From: an uncultured virus (IMG/VR IMGVR_UViG_3300022822_000010)
Taxonomy: Duplodnaviria; Heunggongvirae; Uroviricota; Caudoviricetes
Virus record (IMG/VR): IMGVR_UViG_3300022822_000010
Direction: 5' to 3' (one strand)
Length of the DNA: 20,000 nucleotides
Part shown: positions 7,130 to 15,891 of the stretch, in pieces
How the letters are laid out: each line of letters opens with the position of its first letter
Numbering within the stretch: the stretch's first letter is position 1
The notes under the pieces: generated by a model
Seen by the model: only the letters and a program-made list of their open reading frames with translations
Databases searched by the model: none
Told to the model about the DNA's origin: nothing
Program-made: the position numbers and the translations under genes

Positions 7130-9004
7130 TTATTCTTCATCAAGTTCGTTACTTTCGTCAACAGGAACGCAATTTGGTACTTGCTTGCCTCCTTTCTTTT
7201 TCATGCCAACTTGTTTGTATCCATCCCAACAAGGGTCGTCGTCTTCTTCACTAACGCTATCTTTAGGGACGCAGTTTGGCACTTGCTTACCATTCTTATT
7301 TTTCATACCAAGTTGAGTGTAATTTTTCCAACAAGGGTCGTTTTCGTCTTCATTTACATCTTCTATGGGTACGCAGTTTGGCACTTGCTTACCATTCTTA
7401 TTTTTCATGCCGAGCTGTTGATAACCATCCCAGCAAGGGTCGTCTTTATCTTTCTTCTTTTCGGTTATAATAGGCCCCTCAACATTTTTGCTTTCAAACG
7501 AGTCTGACGGGGTTGGGTTGGCTTTTTCTTCAGCTTCAATTTGTTTTATAATTTCCGCAATCTCGTCTTCTTTCTGCATTAAGATATTCTTACGAACCCA
7601 TTCAGCGCTGTAATAACGCCCGACAAACTCATCAACTTCTCTTAGCGTACCGATTCGCTCGCGAAGCAATTCAGCATTCTTCATCTCAGCAAAATAAGAG
7701 TCGCTTATGTAATCGACGTTAATATACTGCCTCATGTCTTCCCACTCTTCTTGGGTAACGACGCCTTTCAAAATAAGTTGAGTTTGAAGTAAGTCGATGA
7801 ACAAGTATGAGAATTTCTTTCTGAGACGGTTGATTAACTTTTGGAATTTTAATTCTTCGCGAGTAGTCTCTGATGCCCGTCCTAAACTCACCATAGCATT
7901 ATCTTCGGGGTTTAATCTGGAATACGGGACAACGAGCGATTTATAGACCTTCTTTTGGAAGTATACTATATCGTCGATTTGTCCAAGGTTCTCTCCACCC
8001 GGCAACGTTGTGATTTCAGTACCGCGACCACCTTCACGACGAGGCAACCAGAAATCTTCTAGCATAGACATGTGAGCTTTGTCGTCTTTCATTTCGCCTG
8101 TAGTAGCGTCATAAACCATTTTATTACGATAGCGATTCATGATTCCTTGTAAGTAAGCTTCAGCCTTACCTTTAGGCAAATTACCAACATCGATATAGAA
8201 TATGCGTCTCTCGGGTGCGCGCGACAATCGATAGATAACAAGAGCGTCTTCCATCATACGTAATTGGTTAATTGGCTTCATCGATTTATGAAGATACGAA
8301 TGAACCTGTGTTCTTGATGGATCTAATAACCCGCTTGTTACGTAGGCAATCGAGTCTTTTGATATTTTTAATCCAGTAGCGGATGCATGGTTTGTTACGT
8401 TACCGATACCGCCTTTTTCAAATATGAAGTATTCGTCTGTACCTGTTATCAATTCCGTACCAGTTTTGGGGTCTTTATCCTTGATAATTTCTCTAATTTT
8501 ACGTATCTTTGTAGAGTCGATCGGACGTATGTCAATCAATCCTTCTTTTGGGTTAGCTTCGTCTATAATCTTGTGGAAATAGATTCTACCGTCTACATAC
8601 CAACGCTTGAATATGTCGTGAGCATACCAATTCAAATTAAGGAGGTTACACACGTGCTCAAACTCTGATCGGATCATATCTTTGATTTTGTCTGGTTGAT
8701 CAAGGTCGTCCATTATTAACCCCACCGGAGTCGAACCTTCATCAGATACGATCGCTTCATTAACGATATCGTCGATCGCAGCATCAGCTTCGCCTTGTTG
8801 GGCAGCTTCGCGATATTTAAGAATTAATTCGCGGTCATTTTTAGCGCGAGTACCTTCCATGTCGAGGTATGCGCCGTAGTGCCCACCAGCATCGACCGTA
8901 TAGCCGCCGTCATCTTCTTCGCCCGAAGGGACGAAAGAGACTTTTTTACTCTCTATCTCCTCTTCGGCTTTATTCCTACTAATAGTGTACCCAAAGATTT
9001 CCAT
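7130..9004 (-). CDS. gp20: portal vertex protein gp20 with about 120-aa C-terminal repeat extension
   Basis: WYVDGRIYFHK, NQLRMMEDALVIYRLSRAPERRIFYIDVGNLPKGKAE, EDFWLPRREGGRGTEITTLPGG; 624 aa versus about 524 aa in T4. Confidence 0.99.
   Translation of the reverse strand: MEIFGYTISRNKAEEEIESKKVSFVPSGEEDDGGYTVDAGGHYGAYLDMEGTRAKNDRELILKYREAAQQGEADAAIDDIVNEAIVSDEGSTPVGLIMDDLDQPDKIKDMIRSEFEHVCNLLNLNWYAHDIFKRWYVDGRIYFHKIIDEANPKEGLIDIRPIDSTKIRKIREIIKDKDPKTGTELITGTDEYFIFEKGGIGNVTNHASATGLKISKDSIAYVTSGLLDPSRTQVHSYLHKSMKPINQLRMMEDALVIYRLSRAPERRIFYIDVGNLPKGKAEAYLQGIMNRYRNKMVYDATTGEMKDDKAHMSMLEDFWLPRREGGRGTEITTLPGGENLGQIDDIVYFQKKVYKSLVVPYSRLNPEDNAMVSLGRASETTREELKFQKLINRLRKKFSYLFIDLLQTQLILKGVVTQEEWEDMRQYINVDYISDSYFAEMKNAELLRERIGTLREVDEFVGRYYSAEWVRKNILMQKEDEIAEIIKQIEAEEKANPTPSDSFESKNVEGPIITEKKKDKDDPCWDGYQQLGMKNKNGKQVPNCVPIEDVNEDENDPCWKNYTQLGMKNKNGKQVPNCVPKDSVSEEDDDPCWDGYKQVGMKKKGGKQVPNCVPVDESNELDEE
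7163..7444 (-). repeat. three tandem coding repeats, 102-nt (34-aa) period, in the portal C-terminus
   Basis: Cores at 7367-7444, 7265-7342 and 7163-7240 encode DDPCWDGYQQLGMKNKNGKQVPNCVP, NDPCWKNYTQLGMKNKNGKQVPNCVP and DDPCWDGYKQVGMKKKGGKQVPNCVP; 38 nt are identical between 7269-7306 and 7371-7408. Confidence 0.97.
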
Positions 9005-9034
9005 TATTTACTCATTAATTATTTGTTTACTATC

Positions 9035-9042
9035 TATTTATA
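9035..9042 (-). promoter_or_regulatory. T4 late promoter TATAAATA (gp20)
   Basis: Exact motif just downstream of the gp19 terminator and upstream of the gp20 ATG. Confidence 0.87.
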
Positions 9043-9046
9043 ACAT

Positions 9047-9070
9047 AAAAAAGGGGCCTTAAGCCCCTTT
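9047..9070 (-). terminator. intrinsic terminator after gp19
   Basis: Minus strand AAAGGGGC-TTAAG-GCCCC-TTTTTT; same stem as the gp23 terminator. Confidence 0.92.
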
Positions 9071-9084
9071 ACGCGTAAACTAGA

Positions 9085-9597
9085 TTATAATCGAGAGAAG
9101 CTAGTGACTTGAAACTCAACGGTAAATTCTTCGATAGTGTTCTCGGAATCATAACTCAAATCGATCGCGGATATATTCGAAGGCCAGACACCGACAAACT
9201 TATATCCAGTTTGCTTATTTCCGGCACGGTCTAGTTGATAAACCGTACCATCAGACATATATAAAGAAGGCTCTTGAAGCTCAGATATATTCGTGCCTAC
9301 TGCGTTCAATCGGTCCATCCAGTCTTCAATAGACTTTCGTATCTTCATATCGACGTCATTGACGACGGTCACGGTCCAAGGTTCGAAAGTACGATCTCCT
9401 GCTATCTGTAATTGCCGACCTCGGAAAGGGATCATAATCGGCGAGATTACAGACGAAGGTAGGACCGAACCCTTTACAAGAAACATATCGTTTCCATTTA
9501 ACCCTTGAGCAAGTACCGGCAACTCGACTTCGAAGTAGTTAGCGCGAGCACCACCACCGATCAAAGCTGCCTTCATGTTTTCTATATTTAAAGCCAT
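9085..9597 (-). CDS. gp19: tail tube protein gp19
   Basis: GGGARANYFEV, PFRGRQLQIAGDRTFEPWTVTVVND, VYQLDR, WPSNISAIDLSYD, IEEFTVEF. Confidence 0.97.
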   Translation of the reverse strand: MALNIENMKAALIGGGARANYFEVELPVLAQGLNGNDMFLVKGSVLPSSVISPIMIPFRGRQLQIAGDRTFEPWTVTVVNDVDMKIRKSIEDWMDRLNAVGTNISELQEPSLYMSDGTVYQLDRAGNKQTGYKFVGVWPSNISAIDLSYDSENTIEEFTVEFQVTSFSRL

Positions 9598-9608
9598 TAT
9601 CTTATTCC

Positions 9609-11282
9609 TTATTTACCGATGATTTCGTTAAAGTCTACACCAGTTCGAGTAGCGATGAAATTCAATGTTATGAAGTTAATTGAACGGTTAGGCTTAATAT
9701 AAATATCAGCAACAAATCCGTTAGTGTCTATTACTTGACCAGTGTTGTTGGTAGTATCACAAACAACTTCAAAATCTATTATACCACGACGACCCAAAAC
9801 GTTTCTTAAGAATGGTTCAACCGTTCCGCGAAATTGCGCTCTGGTGAAAGAATCGTTAAACTCAAACAACTGAAACTTAGCAGCAGTTGCTATAGCCTTT
9901 TCAAGTACGATAAACAACCGACGAACATTTATGCGGTCGAATGCGCTCGGTTTTGATTGAGCCGTTCTATCGCCAAACAAAATAGTCCCTTCTCCGGGAA
10001 AAGTAACGATTGGGTTAATACGCGATTGGTATAACTCGTCGCGGAAAGCTTTTTTAGGATTAAACGCAACTTTCGTAACAGCGCGTAATACGCCGCGATT
10101 ATAACCAGCTGGAGAAAACCAAGTGTCTGCTACGTTGTCGGTATAAGCGCATAAACCAGCGACAGAAGAAGAAGCAGGAATCCAAAGATATTGATCGTTG
10201 TACTTGTCGTATACTTTAAGCGCAGTTGAGTCGATAACAGCGTATGAAGAAGATCCTATTAAATCTGCCCATGCGATTAAATTAGAAGTTGGGTCGTCTA
10301 CGCCAACAGTTAAACTAGCAGGAGGCGAAACAAAGGCAACGCAATCTTTACGAGAATTAGCAATCGAAATCACGTAATTCGCTAAGGTAGCAGATGTGTC
10401 TTCAAACTTCGGCGTGAATAATAGCGAAACATCAACTGTCTCAGCGTCTGCGAAAAGATCAAAACCTAATTGATAGTCACCAACACTCAAAGCACCCGAG
10501 TCTGCGCCACCGACAAAGGAGTATTCAACTAAAGCAGACAATTGAGTAAATGCTTGTCCAGCAACTTCATTACCAGAATCCGTTAATCCCGAATCTGCGG
10601 CAGCAAACCAAACATACTTTGAATTATTATTTAATACATCTTTGTAATAGTTTGTAGCACCGTCGTTTGTTTTAGCGTCTAAGCCTTGGGATACGAATCC
10701 AAAAGTTTCTAGAATCGTGTTTGGTGTTCCGGTTAAAGAACCGCCTTCATCAAGGACGACAATATGTAATTCATCATTAGAACCACCGCGACCTGCGGCA
10801 TAATCAGAAGTGCCAGGAGCAGATACGAATTGGGTCTTATAGGCCCAAGAAGCGTAAGACGTTGCGTCACCGCAGATTTCAACTTTTAGCGTGTTACCTA
10901 TAACTCCGGGATATTTGGCTATAAGCTCAAGCTCGCCCGTAAAAGTTTGTGACTGATAATCGTCGGTATTTTTTACCACGATATCAGTTGACGATGCATC
11001 GTTGTTAGCATTCTTAGCAGAGTCGGTCACTTTACGTACTAACCGAAGCGCATTGCCGTATTTTAAAAAGTAAGCTGCTGTCATAAAATCGACCATGCCT
11101 GCGGCAGTTGGTTTTCCGAATTTATTAAGCATGTTAGTTTCAGATGACACCAAAGAAATTTCGTCTACCGGCCCCCATGGAAAGTTACCAACAAAGGCAC
11201 CAGTCGATGAAGCTACAGCAGGGATTACGTTGGTAAGATCAATTTCATTGACGTCTACGCCGGGAGATAATTGAAATGACAT
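9609..11282 (-). CDS. gp18: contractile tail sheath protein gp18
   Basis: SFQLSPGVDVNEIDLT, FPWGP, WFSPAGYNRG, SAFDRINVRRLF, IKPNRSINFITLNFIATRTGVDF. Confidence 0.98.
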   Translation of the reverse strand: MSFQLSPGVDVNEIDLTNVIPAVASSTGAFVGNFPWGPVDEISLVSSETNMLNKFGKPTAAGMVDFMTAAYFLKYGNALRLVRKVTDSAKNANNDASSTDIVVKNTDDYQSQTFTGELELIAKYPGVIGNTLKVEICGDATSYASWAYKTQFVSAPGTSDYAAGRGGSNDELHIVVLDEGGSLTGTPNTILETFGFVSQGLDAKTNDGATNYYKDVLNNNSKYVWFAAADSGLTDSGNEVAGQAFTQLSALVEYSFVGGADSGALSVGDYQLGFDLFADAETVDVSLLFTPKFEDTSATLANYVISIANSRKDCVAFVSPPASLTVGVDDPTSNLIAWADLIGSSSYAVIDSTALKVYDKYNDQYLWIPASSSVAGLCAYTDNVADTWFSPAGYNRGVLRAVTKVAFNPKKAFRDELYQSRINPIVTFPGEGTILFGDRTAQSKPSAFDRINVRRLFIVLEKAIATAAKFQLFEFNDSFTRAQFRGTVEPFLRNVLGRRGIIDFEVVCDTTNNTGQVIDTNGFVADIYIKPNRSINFITLNFIATRTGVDFNEIIGK

Positions 11283-11343
11283 AATTGTTTATCCTCAATA
11301 GATATAATAAGTGTTCATAATACGGTATTTTCTCAATTACTTT

Positions 11344-11351
11344 TATTTATA
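11344..11351 (-). promoter_or_regulatory. T4 late promoter TATAAATA (gp18-gp19)
   Basis: Exact motif right after the gp17 stop. Confidence 0.87.
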
Positions 11352-11353
11352 AT

Positions 11354-12973
11354 TTAGAAGTATTTAGAGCACGGAAAAGTACCATCCCACAAAAACTCTT
11401 CAGGCATGCCGGGAACGTCTTCATTTAATCCGTTGTCTATAAATCCGAAAGGCACAACCGCGTCTTCGATCATCCTTATATTTTCGCCGTGAATAAGCAT
11501 TCTTACATCAACATCAGCTAACTCAGTGAAAAATGGATTAGTCGAGAACCAACCGAACATAACTAGATTCATCACTAAGTCGTCGTGATTACCTTTCGAT
11601 GCCTCGTATGAACTTCCAACAGCTTCGAAGCAAGATAATTCGACAATAGTTTCATGGTCAACAATCACTAGCTTATTTTCTTCAATCAAATCTTTGATGT
11701 TAGAACAACCGATGCGTTTAACTTTCTTGGTCATATTGACGCCAAGGTCTTTAGCTTTGACCGTAGATTCTACAAACACGTTTTCGTATTCTATCTCATA
11801 ATACAAACCATTACATACGACCGAACCCTGATCATTAGACTCGATGACTACATAAGCCTCATTATACGCCATAGCATATTTGTAGATGACATCAGGGAAT
11901 AATAATGGGCTGATCATATTATCGCGATACACACCAACTTGTTGAAACGGTCTTGCTGTTACGTCGATTACATTAAATGTTGAGTAATCTTGACCCCGCC
12001 CTTTAGCAACGTCCACAAATATCATATAGTTGTGGTCTTCGATAGGCTTTTCGTATACCTTCATTGACCCTTGAGTGTATACAGGAGATTTAGCGCTCAT
12101 CTTTAATAAGTGATCGCCTGATATTAAAGTAGCCCCGCTTCCGATAAAGTCGTTACCAAATTCTTGTTTGAACTGTAGCTCAGAAGTGTTACCGATGGTG
12201 TCTTTTTTCCATTGCGCATCTCTGCCGGGAACATCCCACCAGTCCACTCTAAATGGGTTATATGTATTAGTCTTTTGTACGGCCCCTTCCCATATTTTAT
12301 GAAAAGTGTTACCAAGACCATTAGCCGTTGATGTTATGATTACTTTGGTAGATTTACCCGAAGATATTACTGGGAATACACCAGTATAGAATACCGCATC
12401 ATTTTCAACAAACGCAAACTCATCAAGATAGAGTAAGTTTACAGACAAACCACGAATAGATGAGGCAGAAGTAGCAGCAGCGATAATTCTAGAATTGTTG
12501 CTGAATGTAATCTCGCCTTTGTTTAGCGTCTTCGTCCCCGGCTGGAGCCAGAATGGAAGGTTTTCGAGCATTAACGTAATACGTCCAACCATCTCGCGCG
12601 CAGTTGCGGCTTTGTTTGCTAAAATTGCTACAAGCTTAGTCGCATGAAATAAAGAATACCATAACAAATACCCGCATGAAGAAATCGATTTACCTGATTG
12701 CCTACAAGCTAATACAATACTGTACTTGGATTCGTTGAAGTGGTCAAACATTTTTTCTTGATATGGATATAACTCGAATGGTACCAACCCGTGATCGAGG
12801 TGTATTACTTTTAAATATTTGGTACAAAAATACACAGGGTCTCTCATACACCTAGCGTATTCTGTTATTTGATCCTTTGAGAAATTGGAAACAACCCCGT
12901 CGCGCTTTACGTTAGGGTTGCCTAGATACCCGTTTTCTTTACATTTTTCTGTATCATGTATCATTTTTGTCAT
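11354..12973 (-). CDS. gp17: terminase large subunit gp17
   Basis: YLGNPNVKR, Walker A RQSGKS, Walker B LYLDEFAFV, ITSTANG, nuclease DVAKGRGQDYS and HDDLVM; no intein or intron seen. Start may be 12964. Confidence 0.98.
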   Translation of the reverse strand: MTKMIHDTEKCKENGYLGNPNVKRDGVVSNFSKDQITEYARCMRDPVYFCTKYLKVIHLDHGLVPFELYPYQEKMFDHFNESKYSIVLACRQSGKSISSCGYLLWYSLFHATKLVAILANKAATAREMVGRITLMLENLPFWLQPGTKTLNKGEITFSNNSRIIAAATSASSIRGLSVNLLYLDEFAFVENDAVFYTGVFPVISSGKSTKVIITSTANGLGNTFHKIWEGAVQKTNTYNPFRVDWWDVPGRDAQWKKDTIGNTSELQFKQEFGNDFIGSGATLISGDHLLKMSAKSPVYTQGSMKVYEKPIEDHNYMIFVDVAKGRGQDYSTFNVIDVTARPFQQVGVYRDNMISPLLFPDVIYKYAMAYNEAYVVIESNDQGSVVCNGLYYEIEYENVFVESTVKAKDLGVNMTKKVKRIGCSNIKDLIEENKLVIVDHETIVELSCFEAVGSSYEASKGNHDDLVMNLVMFGWFSTNPFFTELADVDVRMLIHGENIRMIEDAVVPFGFIDNGLNEDVPGMPEEFLWDGTFPCSKYF

Positions 12974-13316
12974 TTACAACTTTCGATTCGTCAAATTTAC
13001 CTTGTAGCATTTGTTGAAGAGCAGCAGTGTCCCCTACAAATAAGTTATTATTGGTTACAGGCTTATCAAGAAGTGCTGGCAAATTTGATTCTCCCTTCTG
13101 CACTTCTTTCTTGTTGCGTTGTAACTGCATTAGCTTATCGGCTATTTCGGCATTCTGTTTCATCATCGTTGATAGGACCTCGAAAGCTTTTGGAGTCTCG
13201 CTATCCCGCACCAAATCCATCATGATCTCAATAGCATCATTGCCTTTATTAACTAGATCTTGATAATGCTTTCTCGCAAATTCGTAATCTTCTTCAATGT
13301 CGTCTTTCTTAGCCAT
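12954..13316 (-). CDS. gp16: terminase small subunit gp16
   Basis: DYEFAR, SETPKAFEV, VTNNNLFVGDTAALQ; between gp15 and gp17. Start set at ATG 13316, overlapping the gp15 end. Confidence 0.92.
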   Translation of the reverse strand: MAKKDDIEEDYEFARKHYQDLVNKGNDAIEIMMDLVRDSETPKAFEVLSTMMKQNAEIADKLMQLQRNKKEVQKGESNLPALLDKPVTNNNLFVGDTAALQQMLQGKFDESKVVNDKNDT

Positions 13317-14259
13317 TCCAATTCTCAACTTGTGTTAATATTGTCGTATTATTGCCTGAGTTATCTGTTATCGTTTCATTTAACTCAAATAAACCGTCGA
13401 TAAATTTAATTGTTATATCATTACCGTCTATATGCGTTACATACCCGCTAGAAACAGAAGTTGTACCAACCACTTCTAGTCCAGTAACAAACCCCGACGC
13501 GTCATTTAAACCGAGTGTCAGTGTTTCTGGTAATCCGATTGTTCTAATTTCAGTCACTGTGTGTGGGTCATCTTTAGATTCGACCGTGAACGGATCGACT
13601 CTCAATATTTGAGAATGTACGTTTTTATTATCTACTTTCATATTTACCTCAACTTGCTTAATAATCGAGGTATCGTTTACTCCACCATAAAATCTAATCT
13701 TGGATTCAAATTCCAAGGTATATACGATAGTTCGTCTAGTTATCAAATCGCCTTCATAATCATCGGCCAAACTTATGGATGATAAAATGAAAGGCATATC
13801 GTTGTTAAATTCGTTATTAACTTGCTTAACAGTGACGGTGTACTCGGGTTGAAAGTATGGTATTATCTGCTCGATTATCTGAAGCGCATCATCTTGATTC
13901 TTAGTCATGATACTTAGCTGAAAACCTACTCTATAATATACGGGACCCAGCACGCTTTTTCCGTCACCATACTTCATTCTATGAGTTTTCTGGTGCTTAG
14001 TCGTACCATCGTAAGTAAGCGAATTCATCTCAAACGACATTCTAGGCAGCTTGATCGCTACTTTCGGGTCTGTTAAATCTTCTTGTTGTTCTATCCTTGA
14101 GAGAAACTTTTGCTTCGGTCCATATGCTAATGGAACTTTGGTAATATTCAAAACGTTATCTGAACCATCTTTTCTGATGATCGATATATCATTAAACAGC
14201 GTACCGAATACAGCCACTGCTCGCCTTATTGTTTCGTGATAAAAATGCGAATTTAACAT
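13309..14259 (-). CDS. gp15: tail sheath stabilizer/terminator gp15 with C-terminal beta-rich extension
   Basis: HFYHETIRRAVAVFGTLFNDI, KVPLAYGPKQKFL, LPRMSFE, DDALQIIEQIIPYFQP, DDYEGD. Confidence 0.96.
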   Translation of the reverse strand: MLNSHFYHETIRRAVAVFGTLFNDISIIRKDGSDNVLNITKVPLAYGPKQKFLSRIEQQEDLTDPKVAIKLPRMSFEMNSLTYDGTTKHQKTHRMKYGDGKSVLGPVYYRVGFQLSIMTKNQDDALQIIEQIIPYFQPEYTVTVKQVNNEFNNDMPFILSSISLADDYEGDLITRRTIVYTLEFESKIRFYGGVNDTSIIKQVEVNMKVDNKNVHSQILRVDPFTVESKDDPHTVTEIRTIGLPETLTLGLNDASGFVTGLEVVGTTSVSSGYVTHIDGNDITIKFIDGLFELNETITDNSGNNTTILTQVENWNG

Positions 14260-15119
14260 TATGTCGGTTCACCGAATGGGTTGTCTAGCGTAAAGTCGAT
14301 GATACCTTCTGCTTCGATCTCGAAGTCGTCGTTTTGAGTCCCCGATCCGGTATCATCTGTGGTATTGATTATCGTACCAATAGCCCCCGAAACTAAACCA
14401 GTTACTGAAGCCTCAGCCGAAAATACGTGATATAATCCATCAGACGTTTCTATATCAACTACCGTCAATTTGTTAGACGCTGTATTTATATCAACGATCT
14501 TTGCTGATAAGTTATCGCCTGATGGAAGTAGTTGTGATATGCGTTCACTCATATCGAATGTTCCTATAACATCAGACAATAATAATTCTGTCTTAAACCC
14601 AAGCGCCTCGATCGCGTCAAGTTCAGCAACGCCCGTATTAAAGTCTTCATCATTGTATTCGAATAATTTAGCTTGTAGCTTATATACCGGCAAATTAGAT
14701 AGCTGAAAAAACGGTTGCTCGTGCTCAACAAACGATATCTCGAAAAAAGATTTAGACAAAGAAAGATACAATAAGTCGCCTTCCATTGGTCTGATTTGAT
14801 CCTCAAGACTGCCTACTAAAGTATTCCACGTTCTTTTCGCAACAATGAAAGTCGCCTCGTCGCGAATTTCAAGCCCGAACTTGGCCATGAGATTCCCTTC
14901 GCCTTCGAACCCTTCTGTATTTTCGATATACATTTCCACTAGGTAAGAAGAATCGAATGAAGATTCTACATCCTCGTTCAGTATATTATCTTTGGTAACA
15001 ACGTCTCTTGGCAAATAATAGATATCTTCACCATAGAACTTTATCGACTCGATGACAATATCCGCAAACAAGTCTTGCTCGTTCGCTTTGTTGTGTTTTA
15101 CATATTGATTAGTGGCCAT
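14259..15119 (-). CDS. gp14: neck protein gp14
   Basis: EQDLxxDIVIESIKFYGEDIYYLPR, KFGLEIRDE, RPMEGDLLY, FEISFVEHEQPFFQL, NPFGE. Confidence 0.96.
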   Translation of the reverse strand: MATNQYVKHNKANEQDLFADIVIESIKFYGEDIYYLPRDVVTKDNILNEDVESSFDSSYLVEMYIENTEGFEGEGNLMAKFGLEIRDEATFIVAKRTWNTLVGSLEDQIRPMEGDLLYLSLSKSFFEISFVEHEQPFFQLSNLPVYKLQAKLFEYNDEDFNTGVAELDAIEALGFKTELLLSDVIGTFDMSERISQLLPSGDNLSAKIVDINTASNKLTVVDIETSDGLYHVFSAEASVTGLVSGAIGTIINTTDDTGSGTQNDDFEIEAEGIIDFTLDNPFGEPT

Positions 15120-15120
15120 A

Positions 15121-15870
15121 TTATCCTATACAGAAGTCTACAGGTAATTCCCAATTCAAGCGTATTTCTTCTTCGAGCGCAAGTATCTCAGCATTGGCCT
15201 CGTCAAATAATATTTGCCCATTAAACGTAACTCCGCCAGGAAGTAACATTCCCTCGAATTTTTTAAGGTTAATCCCCCACTGTCTTTTTATCAACTGCGT
15301 TGTATAGCGCTTTAGGTAAAAGTCATTATACACTTCGGTGTATTCTTCGGGATCAACGATAACAAATCCTTCGATCACGATGAAATCGCCTTCCTTAATA
15401 TCAACGCCCCACTCTACATCTATGTGAAGTTTGTTACCATGACGCTGAAATCTAGTATGAGCATCAGTACCGAATATATCATTCAACATACTGATAGTTT
15501 GTTGCGTTTGATAAAAGCTCGCGACGTTACCAACGACGTTCCCGCCCCGAATATCGTATACATCGTTTAGGGCCAGCTGGTAATTAACATTAAACATACC
15601 GCCAGAAGAACTCGTTGCTAGAGGCAATATTCTAGTGACGCTTGTCAAGTTTGCGCCAACTGTTATGTAGTTATTTACCATATCAGCTGCGGTAATTTGA
15701 TGTTTTAAAAATTCTCTCTTTATCGCATCGGAATGGTACTCTTGGTAAAGCGATAACGCTTCATCAACTCTGTCTGTTAACTGAGAAGATTCTACGTTGA
15801 CTTCGATTACCGGAGAACCTAAAGCCCGTAAGCAATAATCTATTAATTCTTGTCTGCTATTGATAGCCAT
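15121..15870 (-). CDS. gp13: neck protein gp13
   Basis: SRQELIDYCLRALGSPVIEVNV, VYNDFYLKRYTTQLIKRQWGINLKKFEGMLLPGGVTFNG. Confidence 0.96.
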   Translation of the reverse strand: MAINSRQELIDYCLRALGSPVIEVNVESSQLTDRVDEALSLYQEYHSDAIKREFLKHQITAADMVNNYITVGANLTSVTRILPLATSSSGGMFNVNYQLALNDVYDIRGGNVVGNVASFYQTQQTISMLNDIFGTDAHTRFQRHGNKLHIDVEWGVDIKEGDFIVIEGFVIVDPEEYTEVYNDFYLKRYTTQLIKRQWGINLKKFEGMLLPGGVTFNGQILFDEANAEILALEEEIRLNWELPVDFCIG

Positions 15871-15891
15871 TTTAAACCTTTATTTTATATA

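Noticed and set aside
7163..7444. Repeat-spacer appearance suggesting a CRISPR mini-array
   Set aside because: The period is exactly 34 codons, the intervening parts are homologous to each other, all is in frame within gp20, and no cas genes are present.
7181..7507. Plus-strand ORFs with repeated hydrophobic motifs (AVWHLLTILIFH; LALAYHSYFS)
   Set aside because: They are the reverse complement of the portal repeats; the conserved pattern fits the minus-strand portal frame.
9698..9705. TATAAATA on the plus strand inside gp18 (and a minus-strand copy at 17422-17429 inside the fibre gene)
   Set aside because: Intragenic with no suitably placed gene start; an AT-only 8-mer is expected by chance in this sequence.
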